Below are positions 48,475 to 58,927 of a stretch of DNA of 64,000 nt, one piece after another. This DNA is from an uncultured Methanosarcinales archaeon (lineage in GTDB: Archaea; Nanobdellota; Nanobdellia; Woesearchaeales; SKGA01): positions 8,847 through 72,846 of the forward strand of contig CAYRYB010000001.1 of NCBI GenBank assembly GCA_964428395.1, written 5' to 3'. A program made the position numbers and the translations under genes. Numbering within the stretch: the first letter of the stretch is position 1; each line of letters opens with the position of its first letter. The notes under the pieces are model-generated. The model had not been told where the DNA came from. It did no database searches and worked only from the letters and a program-made list of their open reading frames with translations.

Positions 48475-48655
48475 AATGTATTGTTGATATTTGTATACTG
48501 CAGTGGAAATAAGGGGGTCTAAAAAGAGGTATCTTCTTTAGTAAAAAAATAAGTAGAGCTCATCTAAGCACATTATTTGGCCTTTACAGCACGTTTCTTC
48601 TGGAAACAAAGCAACAGAAGAGTTTATAAAGAAGTTTCTCGTTAAATGAGTTAGA

Positions 48656-50227
48656 ATGTTTAGTGCAAAGGTGTTTGAAAATAAGACTGACTACGTAAAA
48701 CATTTTGGAAAAGATTTAGGCTGGAAAGTTGAAGAAACAGAGTTCGCAAACATCGGCGCAATTCCTCAAAGTACGGGAGGGTATCAAACAGCAGATGATA
48801 CTAACGAGGATGCTTATCCACAATCAATTTCTCGCTACAGACTTATTATAGAAAAATATAATGCTAACTTAGAAGAAAGTTATCATTGGTTGTTGCAGTT
48901 TCTTCGACATGATTTGGGCTATCCTCACGTTGAGAAAATTTATGATATTTTTAGCTCTTCAGAAGGAAGTAGTATGTTTGGAAACATGGGTCAGCGTCTT
49001 GCCATCCAACAAGATAGAGCAAGAGAGTACCTCATTCAAATTGGCGCATTAGTTAAACAATTATTTCAGATTGTTCGTGAACTTCGTATTATCGATGAAC
49101 GCTTAGAACCGTACAGCTTATGGGAAACAAGTAAGAGTGCAGATATTACACTTAAAAATGTATATATTAATCTTGTTGAGAATCCCAATGGCCAAAACCC
49201 TGATTCTATTTACGCGCTAGCAAGACAGCATAATTTTGTTGTGCTTCCCGACTTATTCTTAAACACACATGTCTATAAACTCGAAGACATTGATAAAGAA
49301 GTTGATGATGGTAGTGTTAAAGAATTTAACAACATAGTAAAAACAGTGCTCAAAAGAAAATTATTCCAATACGTCAACTGGAAGTTAAAAAGTGAAAAAG
49401 AACTCATTTCTCGACGGGCATTTCAATTAAAATATCTTCGTCAACATTGGACGGTAATTCGTTTATACATGTCTTGGATTAAACCATACCTTAAATCTGC
49501 AAGTAGGTTAACACCTAATCAAAATCAGCTTGATAGCGCAGATTTGGTTACTGCTTTTGATAATACTATTTTAGAAGTTGAAGTTCTCGCTAAAAAATCA
49601 TTAAATATTAGAAAAAAAGATGGTCACTTCAAATGTATTCTTTTAACATTTAAATATAACTCCAAACCAATTCTTACCTACAAGCCAGAGTATCAGCAAC
49701 AGGCCGTTGCGCACACTGGAAAAGTGACCATTACGTTTCGTTCTTATGGTTGGCACACAGACGATATTGAAGCATATAAAAAAATGCGTCAGGAAGAAGA
49801 TTTAGGCATGCTTAACAGTATTAGTGGACATGTTGCAGGTTCGTTTGAAGCTCTCGGTGAAGAATTCGAGAAATATTTAGAGGAAGCAGGCGAAGAAGAA
49901 GCGCTCAAGAAAAAAGAAGAACGAGAGAAAGATGAAAAAGAAGCAAAAGATTCTGCTCTTAACGCATACAAGAAACATAATAAATTTTCAAAATGGGGTA
50001 TCACAGGACCATTTCTAGAAGCAGGCGAAGGAATTGGTGAACTAGTTGGATCTTTATTTGGTTCGCAAGCAAGAAAATTAGAGAAAAAAGAAAAAAAAGA
50101 GGAACAAAGTAAACCAACATCTACACGAGATAAAGAAAAGTTAAAAAAAGTAGCAAAAGACGTTGGTCTTGATATGCAAATTCTTTTTAACGTTTACAAA
50201 AAAGGTCACCAACACTTAAATTGGTAA
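48656..50227 (+). CDS. Large hypothetical protein (523 aa)
   Basis: Long clean ORF with a TATA-proximal start; no motif recognised. Confidence 0.8.
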   Translation: MFSAKVFENKTDYVKHFGKDLGWKVEETEFANIGAIPQSTGGYQTADDTNEDAYPQSISRYRLIIEKYNANLEESYHWLLQFLRHDLGYPHVEKIYDIFSSSEGSSMFGNMGQRLAIQQDRAREYLIQIGALVKQLFQIVRELRIIDERLEPYSLWETSKSADITLKNVYINLVENPNGQNPDSIYALARQHNFVVLPDLFLNTHVYKLEDIDKEVDDGSVKEFNNIVKTVLKRKLFQYVNWKLKSEKELISRRAFQLKYLRQHWTVIRLYMSWIKPYLKSASRLTPNQNQLDSADLVTAFDNTILEVEVLAKKSLNIRKKDGHFKCILLTFKYNSKPILTYKPEYQQQAVAHTGKVTITFRSYGWHTDDIEAYKKMRQEEDLGMLNSISGHVAGSFEALGEEFEKYLEEAGEEEALKKKEEREKDEKEAKDSALNAYKKHNKFSKWGITGPFLEAGEGIGELVGSLFGSQARKLEKKEKKEEQSKPTSTRDKEKLKKVAKDVGLDMQILFNVYKKGHQHLNW

Positions 50228-50333
50228 TTCTTTTTCTTTAAAAAAAAGTTTTAAAATGTTTAAAATATAAAGAGTAAATAAGTTCTGGCAAAAGAAAAAA
50301 ATAAAAAAAAGAAAAAGTAATAAAAAACAAACC

Positions 50334-50675
50334 TTAAATGGCTAATTTTTCAGCTAACTTATCAACTAGTAGTGCGCCTTCCATTTTTCCTGTTGCTGCT
50401 TTGATAAGACCAATTATCCAAAGTATAAAGAGCGCAATGTAAAGTATCCACCAAATAATCGACAAAAAAGAAAGTATGACCGAAAGGATACCTAATGCAA
50501 CATATAAAATAACAAATGCTAATCCTTGTTGTGCGTGAAATCGTGCGAATGCATTCTTCTTCATTTTCTCATCTACAAAATACCAGATAATTCCTATAAG
50601 AAAATAAGAAAGAATAGCAACAATTTTTCCTTCTTCCACCGTCTTATTTGACGTCGTAGTTTTTTGTATTGCCAT
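50334..50675 (-). CDS. DUF4870-like membrane protein
   Basis: AILSYFLIGIIWY....FARFHAQQG...WIIGLIKAATG. Confidence 0.75.
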   Translation of the reverse strand: MAIQKTTTSNKTVEEGKIVAILSYFLIGIIWYFVDEKMKKNAFARFHAQQGLAFVILYVALGILSVILSFLSIIWWILYIALFILWIIGLIKAATGKMEGALLVDKLAEKLAI

Positions 50676-50721
50676 GTTATAAATCCCCTAAAGTATTATT
50701 TTAGTAACCCTATTATTTAAT

Positions 50722-51816
50722 CTATCGCAGATGAATCTCCAAAATGTCTTTATCTAAAAGAACATGCTTCATCATCACTTTTTGTCCGTCAAACTTCGCA
50801 CTCGGACCCCATACTCGCGCAAACTTGAATTTAGAAACAAAATCTTTATGAAGTTTTTTACAAACATCACCAACGGTAAAATTACGAAAAACAATAAGAG
50901 GAACGTTAAGGTCTGCTTCTTTTGTTGGTTCTTTTAAATAGATTCTTATCAAATCTAATTTCTTAAAAATGAGTTCCTTAAGCTCACCTATATGCTCGCC
51001 CAACTGAGCACTAATCGCAATATCTGCTTTATACTTTTTTACAATCCGTTTTAATTCACTTTTTTTTACAAGATCAGATTTATTAACAACGGTCAGCGAA
51101 GGCATGTACTTTTTGTTTGCTTCAATACAATCAATGAACTGATCAATAGTCACGTTATCTCGCAAAACAACATCTGCGTTGTTAATTCTAAATTCTTTTA
51201 ATACTGCTTTTATAGTATCACGAGTAATATGTGTTAGTCGGACCGTTGCACCAATTTTAATACCGTCTTTGCCTGTTCTTACAATCTTTACATCAGGTTT
51301 TGTTTGGTTTGTTCTGATGTGAGTATCATAAATTTCTTTAACAATGACATCGTATTCTTCTGGTTTTGTTGCATCAACAAGTATAAGACAAAGGTCTGCA
51401 CTTCGCATACTTGCAAGTACTTCTTTTCCTCTTCCACGTCCAGATGCTGCGCCTTTTACAATTCCCGGGACATCTAAAATCTGTATTTTAGCATGTTTAT
51501 ATTGCATCACGCCAGGAATACAAGTTAACGTTGTAAACGCATATGAAGCAACTTCTGATTTTGCTCCAGTAAACGCATTAAGTAATGTTGATTTACCTGC
51601 GCTAGGAAATCCTATAAGAATTACTGTTCCATCACCTGTCTTTCTTACTTCCCAACCTTTCCCTCCTTGCTTAGCACTTCCTCTTGTTTGCTCTCGTTCT
51701 TTTAATCGCGCAAGTTGTGCCTTGTAAAGTCCTATCGCTGCTTGTGTTCTTTTGTTATATTTCGTACTTGCTATTCTATCTTCTAATTCTTTAATTTTCT
51801 CAGTGTAGCTTGGCAT
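50722..51816 (-). CDS. DRG/OBG-family GTPase with TGS domain
   Basis: GFPSAGKST, YAFTTLT, DVPGIVKGA..GRGRG, NKSD, FARVWG.SAKF. Confidence 0.95.
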   Translation of the reverse strand: MPSYTEKIKELEDRIASTKYNKRTQAAIGLYKAQLARLKEREQTRGSAKQGGKGWEVRKTGDGTVILIGFPSAGKSTLLNAFTGAKSEVASYAFTTLTCIPGVMQYKHAKIQILDVPGIVKGAASGRGRGKEVLASMRSADLCLILVDATKPEEYDVIVKEIYDTHIRTNQTKPDVKIVRTGKDGIKIGATVRLTHITRDTIKAVLKEFRINNADVVLRDNVTIDQFIDCIEANKKYMPSLTVVNKSDLVKKSELKRIVKKYKADIAISAQLGEHIGELKELIFKKLDLIRIYLKEPTKEADLNVPLIVFRNFTVGDVCKKLHKDFVSKFKFARVWGPSAKFDGQKVMMKHVLLDKDILEIHLR

Positions 51817-51849
51817 AGTGAAAGAAAGAAAGAAACTGTTTATAAAGTT

Positions 51850-52740
51850 TTACTCATCAGTTTTTGTGCTTACAACAGGTGTATCTCGCACAATAAAAGA
51901 ATGTTCATGTTGACTTACTAGTCCATTACCTATTTCTTTAAGTGGTGGATGACCTTGAATAATACCAACTCGTTCTAATTCGCGAAGTGCTAATTTTGTT
52001 TTGCCAATACCAAACTCTCGACTTAACCATCGTGTTGCAAAAGGTAATCCATTGTACGTTTCTATTTTTTTAAGAACTTCTCGAGCAAAAGCGCTTCTAA
52101 CAGGTCGTTTTCCTAAAAAACTAAACACGGTTGGCATACCACTTTCCGCAACGGCTCCCTTTCCATTTGTTGCAAATGGTTCGCAAGCGACAGTCATGTT
52201 TTCAGTGAGTTTTATAGAATCTCTAAGATATATATTTGGTATTTGAGGATTTGTATGAATTTGATATAATCCAAGTCCATGACCAGATAAATTTCTCACG
52301 GGGCTAAACCCTTTTTCCATAATAACATCTTGTATAACGCGACCAATCTCTCCAACAGCAGTTCCCGGAGTAAAAAGCTTGCTTGCTTGCACAAGAGCTT
52401 CTTTACTTGCGTTGGATAATTCTTTGTATTTGTCTGATAAATTAACGGTTACTGCCGTGTCACCAATAAATCCATTGATGTGTGCGCCAACATCAAGTTT
52501 GATAACATCATCTGAAGCAACGATAGTTTCATCTTGTTCATCACTACAAGAATGTGCTGCAAAGGTATTAATGGATATTTGTGCAGGGAACGCTATGCCT
52601 GCACCTTGTTTTAAAATAAAATTTTCTACTTTATCAAGTACGTCGCGAACAACAGCCCCTTCTGTAAGCAATGATTTTCCATAATCTCTTGCTTTGCCTG
52701 CAATTTGGCCTGCCCGTTTGAAACTTGCTTCATCAAACAT
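51850..52740 (-). CDS. map: Methionine aminopeptidase type II
   Basis: KLDVGAHINGFIGDTA, NLSGHG, ACEPFAT, SQHEHS. Confidence 0.96.
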   Translation of the reverse strand: MFDEASFKRAGQIAGKARDYGKSLLTEGAVVRDVLDKVENFILKQGAGIAFPAQISINTFAAHSCSDEQDETIVASDDVIKLDVGAHINGFIGDTAVTVNLSDKYKELSNASKEALVQASKLFTPGTAVGEIGRVIQDVIMEKGFSPVRNLSGHGLGLYQIHTNPQIPNIYLRDSIKLTENMTVACEPFATNGKGAVAESGMPTVFSFLGKRPVRSAFAREVLKKIETYNGLPFATRWLSREFGIGKTKLALRELERVGIIQGHPPLKEIGNGLVSQHEHSFIVRDTPVVSTKTDE

Positions 52741-52832
52741 AGAGAATAATACCTTTACGCTACTTAATAAATGTATTGCCAATAAATTTATAAACCAAAA
52801 GTTCCTAAAAGACAGTAAAAGAGGTTTTATGC

Positions 52833-53339
52833 ATGGGATTATTTGGTTCCAAAAAGAGAGTTCGATTGTATCACATAGAAATTGATGATGAGGGTATCGA
52901 CGAGGAAATCTCCGAAATTATTCTTAAAACACAGCAAAATATTTCTAAATTTAAACAACACATTGACCACTCAACCTTTATGCTTAGTGATGAGGCCCTC
53001 TCTAATTTAAAGAGACTCATGATTAAAACGAAAGATAAAGTAATTCATCTTAGAAATGATATTAATACTATTACTAATCTAAAGCTAGAAAATCAACAAT
53101 ACTTCATCATCAAGGATAATTCGTTTTTCTCAGATAAAAAAGATGAGTTAGAAAAAATAAGTGAGCTTGTATATAAGTTCATAGAAATCATTGAGCAACA
53201 CCCGTCCACTACAGAACTTCGTGATGACTTAATCAACAATCTCATCAATGATTTATTACAAATGCAACAAAGTATCGAACAAATTCTTACTGATGATAAA
53301 CAGCTTCGAGAGATTTACAAAAGAATTTCTGAAATTTAA
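52833..53339 (+). CDS. Helical hypothetical protein
   Basis: MGLFGSKK start; amphipathic helices. Confidence 0.7.
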   Translation: MGLFGSKKRVRLYHIEIDDEGIDEEISEIILKTQQNISKFKQHIDHSTFMLSDEALSNLKRLMIKTKDKVIHLRNDINTITNLKLENQQYFIIKDNSFFSDKKDELEKISELVYKFIEIIEQHPSTTELRDDLINNLINDLLQMQQSIEQILTDDKQLREIYKRISEI

Positions 53340-53407
53340 TTTTTCTTTTTCTTGCAAAAATCAACTTTTACGAAAGCATATAAATCTTATTTCATTTCTT
53401 CAGGTAC

Positions 53408-54076
53408 ATGATACCAGTGCACATTAAGAAACATTTAGATTCCCTTGGTTTTGAAAATCTTCGTCCCGCTCAAGAAAAAGCAATTCAAGCAGGACTTTTT
53501 CAAGAAAAAAATCTTCTTGTTTGCACACCTACTGCATCAGGGAAAACATTAGTTGGTGAATTAGCAATCTTGCATACAATCATAGATAAGCATAAAAAGG
53601 GAATTTATGTAGTTCCTCTTCGTGCACTTGCCAGAGAAAAATATAAAGAGTTCACAAAAAAACATTCTGCATTAAAAATTGCTCTTTCTAGCGGTGATTT
53701 GGATAGTGATGATAGGTATCTTGAGAATTATGATGTCGTTATTGTTACCAGCGAAAAATTGGATTCTTTGCTTCGTCATCATACTCCATGGCTTGGTCGC
53801 GTTGGCGTGGTAGTTATTGATGAAGTCCATTTGCTTAATGATACATCCCGTGGACCAACATTAGAAGTTGTTATTACTCTTCTTCGTCAGGAGTTAAAAA
53901 ACTTACAGCTCATAGCGCTTTCTGCAACGGTTGGCAATGCTCAAGAACTTGCTTCATGGCTTGATGCAACCTTAGTTGAGGACTCGTGGCGTCCTGTCCG
54001 ATTAGATAAGGCGGTGTTCTATCAAGATACTATTTACTTTGATGATGCACAAGAAGAAGAAAAAGAAGAGGAATAA
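53408..54076 (+). CDS. Ski2/Hel308-like helicase, N-terminal RecA1 domain only
   Basis: LRPAQ (Q motif), PTASGKT, VPLRALA, DEVH, LSAT, WRPV, then an acidic tail and stop. Confidence 0.85.
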   Translation: MIPVHIKKHLDSLGFENLRPAQEKAIQAGLFQEKNLLVCTPTASGKTLVGELAILHTIIDKHKKGIYVVPLRALAREKYKEFTKKHSALKIALSSGDLDSDDRYLENYDVVIVTSEKLDSLLRHHTPWLGRVGVVVIDEVHLLNDTSRGPTLEVVITLLRQELKNLQLIALSATVGNAQELASWLDATLVEDSWRPVRLDKAVFYQDTIYFDDAQEEEKEEE

Positions 54077-54163
54077 AGAATAAAAAAATAAAAACAATGA
54101 GCTTTGTTTTATTAATTATCAAACCAAAAAATACTTAAACTCTACAAAATTTGTAGAGGTTGT

Positions 54164-54967
54164 ATGAATACTGAAAAATACTTAGATATAGCTATTTTTG
54201 CCGCTAAGGAAGCAGGAAAGTTGCTTATGAAACAAATTAATTCTGTTTCAAGAAAAGACGATTTGTCCAATCCATCAATAAAACAGGATAAAGATTCTGA
54301 ACTGTTGGTTCTTAGCATCTTAAGAGAAAACTTTCCTCAACACGGTTTTTTAGGAGAAGAATTTGGAGAAGAAAACCCTAATGCAAATTTAAAATGGATT
54401 ATTGATCCCATTGATGGAACCAATAATTATATGGGTGATAGAGATAGTTTTTCTGTTTCTATTGGTTTAGAAAATAATAACAAAATGATTCTTGGAGTTG
54501 TATATCTTCCAAAAAGAGATGAATTATTTTATGCAATCAAAGGAAAAGGAGCATATCTTAACAAAAAACCAATAAAAATAAGCAATATAAAAAACACTTT
54601 AGAAGCAGTAATCACCTATTCAACATATCCAGGAGAAGAGAAAAAAACTGAAGTTCTCAATAAGAAGATTCTTGATGCATTTCCTAAAATAAAATATTTC
54701 GGTTTTTTTGATAAAAAGAACATTGACCCAACGTTTGGAAGAGGTTCTATGGCTGCAGAATTTTGTTACCTTGCATGTGGGAGAATTGATGGATTAATAA
54801 GACTAAAACAGAAACCATGGGATGTTGCAGCAGGAAGTATCATCGCGCAAGAAGCAGGAGCAAAAATGAATAATCTTCAAGGCAAACAATGTAGTGTTTA
54901 TGAAGGAAATTATATAGCATCAAATGCTTATCTTCTAAAAGTCATAAATAAAATTATTAATAGTTAA
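54164..54967 (+). CDS. suhB: Inositol monophosphatase family protein
   Basis: GEE, WIIDPIDGTNNY, GSMAAEFCYLACG, KPWDVAAG. Confidence 0.92.
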   Translation: MNTEKYLDIAIFAAKEAGKLLMKQINSVSRKDDLSNPSIKQDKDSELLVLSILRENFPQHGFLGEEFGEENPNANLKWIIDPIDGTNNYMGDRDSFSVSIGLENNNKMILGVVYLPKRDELFYAIKGKGAYLNKKPIKISNIKNTLEAVITYSTYPGEEKKTEVLNKKILDAFPKIKYFGFFDKKNIDPTFGRGSMAAEFCYLACGRIDGLIRLKQKPWDVAAGSIIAQEAGAKMNNLQGKQCSVYEGNYIASNAYLLKVINKIINS

Positions 54968-55056
54968 AAAATAACAAAATCTATTTTGATTTTATTTACT
55001 CTGCTATAAAAAGGTTCATACTTATTTATTTTACAAAAGAACAATATTATTATATC

Positions 55057-55449
55057 TTATGAAATCTTAAACGGGCCAAAAAGTTCTGGCTTTTCTAACG
55101 TTTTATTCTGACGAAAAACAACATATTGTTTTTTTTCTACAAAAACTCCTATCGTATAATTTAAAGAAGACTCTTTTTGTATGTTTCCTTCGTAGAAATA
55201 ACGAGTATCATATTTTTTTGCTGCAATAATCGGAATGGTTTTATCTGGTTCATCCATCCAAATGATTCTTTGCTGTAAGGGATAAGAAGTATAGTTACGT
55301 TCTAAAAAAGGAAATTCTTCTGCGAGACTTTTTGTTTTTGCAAATCGTTCTTTAAATTGGGGTATAAGAAAAAGCCCAATAATTACGATAATACCAAGAA
55401 GATAAATGCTGAAAATTATAAATATTCTATGTGCTTTTTGCCGATTCAT
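55057..55449 (-). CDS. Single-TM hypothetical protein
   Basis: N-terminal hydrophobic helix; ATGA overlap with the ROK gene. Confidence 0.7.
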   Translation of the reverse strand: MNRQKAHRIFIIFSIYLLGIIVIIGLFLIPQFKERFAKTKSLAEEFPFLERNYTSYPLQQRIIWMDEPDKTIPIIAAKKYDTRYFYEGNIQKESSLNYTIGVFVEKKQYVVFRQNKTLEKPELFGPFKIS

Positions 55450-56354
55450 TTTCTAAAAAATTTTTTCTGTGCTAAAAGAGCAGCACCTAGTAATCCTGCA
55501 TCATCACTAATACTATATCGCTGTAGCCGTGTTTTTTTTGAGCAAATAGTAAGAGAATTCTTCTTCATTACTTTCTCCAATCTTACATACACAGGTTTAG
55601 GAAGTTGAGCAACACCACCACCTAAAATAATCATGTCAGGCTTGCATAACGTTGTTAATGTTCCCAACATTTTTCCTAATTGTTCTATTGCTATAGAAAT
55701 CAGTTGGCGTGCTTCCTTGTTTTTAGCATGATAAATGTCTGCTACCGTTATTGCTTTCTTGCTTATTTTTGAAAGTTTACTTATTTCGGTATTGTATGTT
55801 TTTAGCAAATAGGTTCCTCCAACAAGCGTTTCCAGTTTCACATTTTTTTGTGTTTTTGGATGCACAACAAGTACTTGACCTATTTCTAAAGGATTAGATG
55901 ACACAATTTGTTTGTTTCCTTTTTTTTCTACAAGACTTGCTCCAAGTCCACTTCCCCAAATAACACCAATTATTTTTTCTGTTGTAGAGTATGAACCAAA
56001 TATGCTTTCTGCTAGTGTAAAGCAAGTTGCATCATTTGCTAACGTTACAGGTACGCGAAACTTTTTTTCTAAACGTTTCTTAAGATTGACACCAACTAGA
56101 AAATGTAATGTTTCTCCTGCAAAAAGTTGTTTGCCGTTTGGAGCTATAATCCCAGGTAAAGCTATCCCTATTCCTGTTATCTTTGGGTTTCCCAAAAGAA
56201 AATTACTTATGAGAAATTCTATTGTTGAAAGTACATACGTTTTTCCTTTTTGTTTTCTAGTGGGTACTTTAATACTTTTACGTATTTGTAATTGATTGTC
56301 CAACAAAGCTGCTTTTATCTTAGTTCCTCCAACATCAAGTGCTATAACTGCCAT
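55446..56354 (-). CDS. ROK-family sugar kinase (divergent)
   Basis: IALDVGGTKI, GIGIALPG, LANDATCFTLAE, GSGLGA, ILGGGV, DDAGLLGAA. Confidence 0.88.
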   Translation of the reverse strand: MAVIALDVGGTKIKAALLDNQLQIRKSIKVPTRKQKGKTYVLSTIEFLISNFLLGNPKITGIGIALPGIIAPNGKQLFAGETLHFLVGVNLKKRLEKKFRVPVTLANDATCFTLAESIFGSYSTTEKIIGVIWGSGLGASLVEKKGNKQIVSSNPLEIGQVLVVHPKTQKNVKLETLVGGTYLLKTYNTEISKLSKISKKAITVADIYHAKNKEARQLISIAIEQLGKMLGTLTTLCKPDMIILGGGVAQLPKPVYVRLEKVMKKNSLTICSKKTRLQRYSISDDAGLLGAALLAQKKFFRK

Positions 56355-56448
56355 AAGAAGTATATCACATAAAGGGGTATTTAAAGTTTTGCTACTCCTC
56401 AATAAAACAAAATCTTTTATAAGAATAAAATCTTAAAAGAAAAGGAAT

Positions 56449-56616
56449 ATGAAAAAAGATCAACATCACACCATTCCTATGACTATTTTACTTATTCCAG
56501 GCGCAATTATGGTTATTAGTTTTTTCTTATTCATTTCAGAATTAAAAGATTGGGCTTACCTTGTTATGGGCATGGCAATTACTGTTACAATACTTATTCA
56601 TCGCGAAGAAGAATAA
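56449..56616 (+). CDS. 55-aa two-TM microprotein (missed by ORF track)
   Basis: MKKDQHHTIPMTILLIPGAIMVISFFLFISELKDWAYLVMGMAITVTILIHREEE*. Confidence 0.6.
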   Translation: MKKDQHHTIPMTILLIPGAIMVISFFLFISELKDWAYLVMGMAITVTILIHREEE

Positions 56617-56618
56617 AG

Positions 56619-57206
56619 TTACATTCTTGGTTTTTGACCTTCCCGTTCTATTTTTGTAATAAGGTCTTTAATTCTACGTATATCGTTCTTATCTGTTTTT
56701 CCTTTCTTGTGTTTTATGGATAAATCTCGTAGTTCATGTTGCATATTGTTAATACCATGCTCTGTTAAACCCCATATCATAATAATAAGCGCGCTAAAAA
56801 CCAAAGCACCAATAGCAAATGCATTTAGGCTAAGGAGGGCATTATAAATTCGTTGGTCATAAAATCCGTATAACGCCATGACTAATGCTAGTATTGTTGC
56901 CACGTTCTTTTTGGGGAAAATCGATTTTAAAACGTACGCAAATAAATAATGCATGATAGCAAACATTACTATGAACAATGCAATAATGGGAAGTCCCTCA
57001 ACAAAACCATCAAAAAATCCGCCTATGTTTCCCTGCAGTAAGGCTGAAAAACCAAAGAGCAGACTATCTAAATCGTTCATAACATTATGTTCGGGAAATG
57101 CTCCACCAACAGGTTTTACATAAATAAGGGCTCCAATAACAAAGAGTATGATTACCACGAAGAAAATGCTTGTTGCGTGTTTTTTGTCTGGATTTGCAAC
57201 GGTCAA
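56619..57206 (-). CDS. Membrane protein sharing the TM module of the coiled-coil paralogs
   Basis: LPIIALFIVMF...SIF..KNVATILALVMALYG resembles 24858-26627 and 57339-58784. Confidence 0.75.
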   Translation of the reverse strand: MTVANPDKKHATSIFFVVIILFVIGALIYVKPVGGAFPEHNVMNDLDSLLFGFSALLQGNIGGFFDGFVEGLPIIALFIVMFAIMHYLFAYVLKSIFPKKNVATILALVMALYGFYDQRIYNALLSLNAFAIGALVFSALIIMIWGLTEHGINNMQHELRDLSIKHKKGKTDKNDIRRIKDLITKIEREGQKPRM

Positions 57207-57338
57207 TGTTTTGTACTCACCTCAACGTAAAACAAAAAAATAATAATATAATAAAATAAGCAATCATATAATCAACAAACAACAATAAGGACTATAAGCC
57301 TCTCATACATAAAGTTAAAAGGAAGCAACGTAAGTATC

Positions 57339-58784
57339 TCATGGCCAACGCACTTTTGATGCAACATCATTTTTCCTTAGATATACTGTTATTTCTTGTC
57401 TATATCCTTCATCTGGATCCTTTTTAATAACATCAAGAACATCTTGCAATCTGGCAATCGCTGCCGAATGATTAGCAGAGATAGTATCTCCTGATTCCTC
57501 AATGTCTTTTAAGTTACGCACTCGTTCTTCGACGATTCTAAAATTATGTTTTTCTTTGTATTCGTCTTCATCAACTTCTTTTCTTTCATGTTTTTCAACG
57601 CCTACCAATTGATGAACATATTGCTCCATGGTAGCATCCAATTGTTTTTTTTGTTGTGCTATTCCTTGTTCCTGAGCAAATAGTTCTCGTAACTTTCTTG
57701 ATTCTGCTGATTCTGTTCCAATAAGTTGTTCAAGAGTTGCAAGTTCTGTTAGAGCCTGATTAACATTTCCCTCATTTAGCGTGTTGATAAGTTGTGCAAC
57801 CGCATTTTGCAATTGTTTTGTCTGACCTAATTCGTTTCTATCAATGGTATCAAGTTCGCTCGCTAATTTTTTTCGTTGTTGATCAAGTTGTTGTATTTGC
57901 AAAAGAAATTGTTGTAATTTTGCTTCTCCTTCGTTACTCATTACTTTTTCCTTTGAAGCTTCAATATTTAAGTGTGATTCATCTGATAATTGTTGCGCTA
58001 GATGTTCATGCAAGTGATGAATTTCCAGATTTTCGTTTCCATCAGTTCGTAGTTCTGCATACAAATCGGTCTGTAATTTTTGCAACGATTTATCTAATTT
58101 TTCTTCGTCAGTATAATCCTGAGCAACAAGGTTTGGAAGTGCTTGTGCTCCTCGCAAAAGTGTTGCACGAAGTTGTTGTGCTTGCGCTTGATTGGTTACC
58201 TGCGCGAGTTGTCCAAGTAACGCTCGAAGTTTTTCAATCATTTCATGCAAGTTTCTTACCTGGGCAAGTTCCTCGTCAACAATATGTTCTGCATTTTGAA
58301 TAGCGCCGAATTCTCGGTTCTCCATTTTTTCTTGCAAACGAAGGTCATGATCTTCTTTTGATAAGTCTTTTCGGGCACTTAGTGCTTCTGTATGTGCTTG
58401 ATGCATCTCGCTACTTGCACTGTAATGTTCTTTTCTCAGTCGGTTAATGAAAATTATTATTGCAAAAACAACGAGAAGTATGAGAAGAATTAAAGGCAGA
58501 CTACCCGCAAAAATTTTGTAAATAAAAGTGAAGAGGTGATCGTTCATAATACCAATAAGCGCTATGCCAACAGCCATCCACGTCGCATATTTTTTATGCT
58601 CTTGATTGCGAAAAATACTTATTTCAAGCACAAATTTCATCAAAAACATAATGATAAGAAATATTCCTACTACTGTTCCTGCATTGAGTAAATTTACAAG
58701 CATTGCATTAAATTTTCCTTGAAATAAATCGCCTATTGCTTGACCAAGATATTCTATTCCATTAACAAGTTCTGCTGCGACCAT
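57339..58784 (-). CDS. Membrane-anchored long coiled-coil protein (paralog of 24858-26627)
   Basis: IFRNQEHKKYATWMAVGIALIG...INRLRKE..SEM..A..EALSARKD. Confidence 0.85.
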   Translation of the reverse strand: MVAAELVNGIEYLGQAIGDLFQGKFNAMLVNLLNAGTVVGIFLIIMFLMKFVLEISIFRNQEHKKYATWMAVGIALIGIMNDHLFTFIYKIFAGSLPLILLILLVVFAIIIFINRLRKEHYSASSEMHQAHTEALSARKDLSKEDHDLRLQEKMENREFGAIQNAEHIVDEELAQVRNLHEMIEKLRALLGQLAQVTNQAQAQQLRATLLRGAQALPNLVAQDYTDEEKLDKSLQKLQTDLYAELRTDGNENLEIHHLHEHLAQQLSDESHLNIEASKEKVMSNEGEAKLQQFLLQIQQLDQQRKKLASELDTIDRNELGQTKQLQNAVAQLINTLNEGNVNQALTELATLEQLIGTESAESRKLRELFAQEQGIAQQKKQLDATMEQYVHQLVGVEKHERKEVDEDEYKEKHNFRIVEERVRNLKDIEESGDTISANHSAAIARLQDVLDVIKKDPDEGYRQEITVYLRKNDVASKVRWP

Positions 58785-58927
58785 GAATAATTCCTCCTAC
58801 AAAGAGTTTATATATCCTTCTCTAGGCTTTCTTAATATAAATGTTTCTGTAAATTCATTCATTTCAAAGTAAAGAATAAGGTAATGTTACCAAAAAGTAA
58901 TAAAAAGCAATATTTTAAGACATTTTT

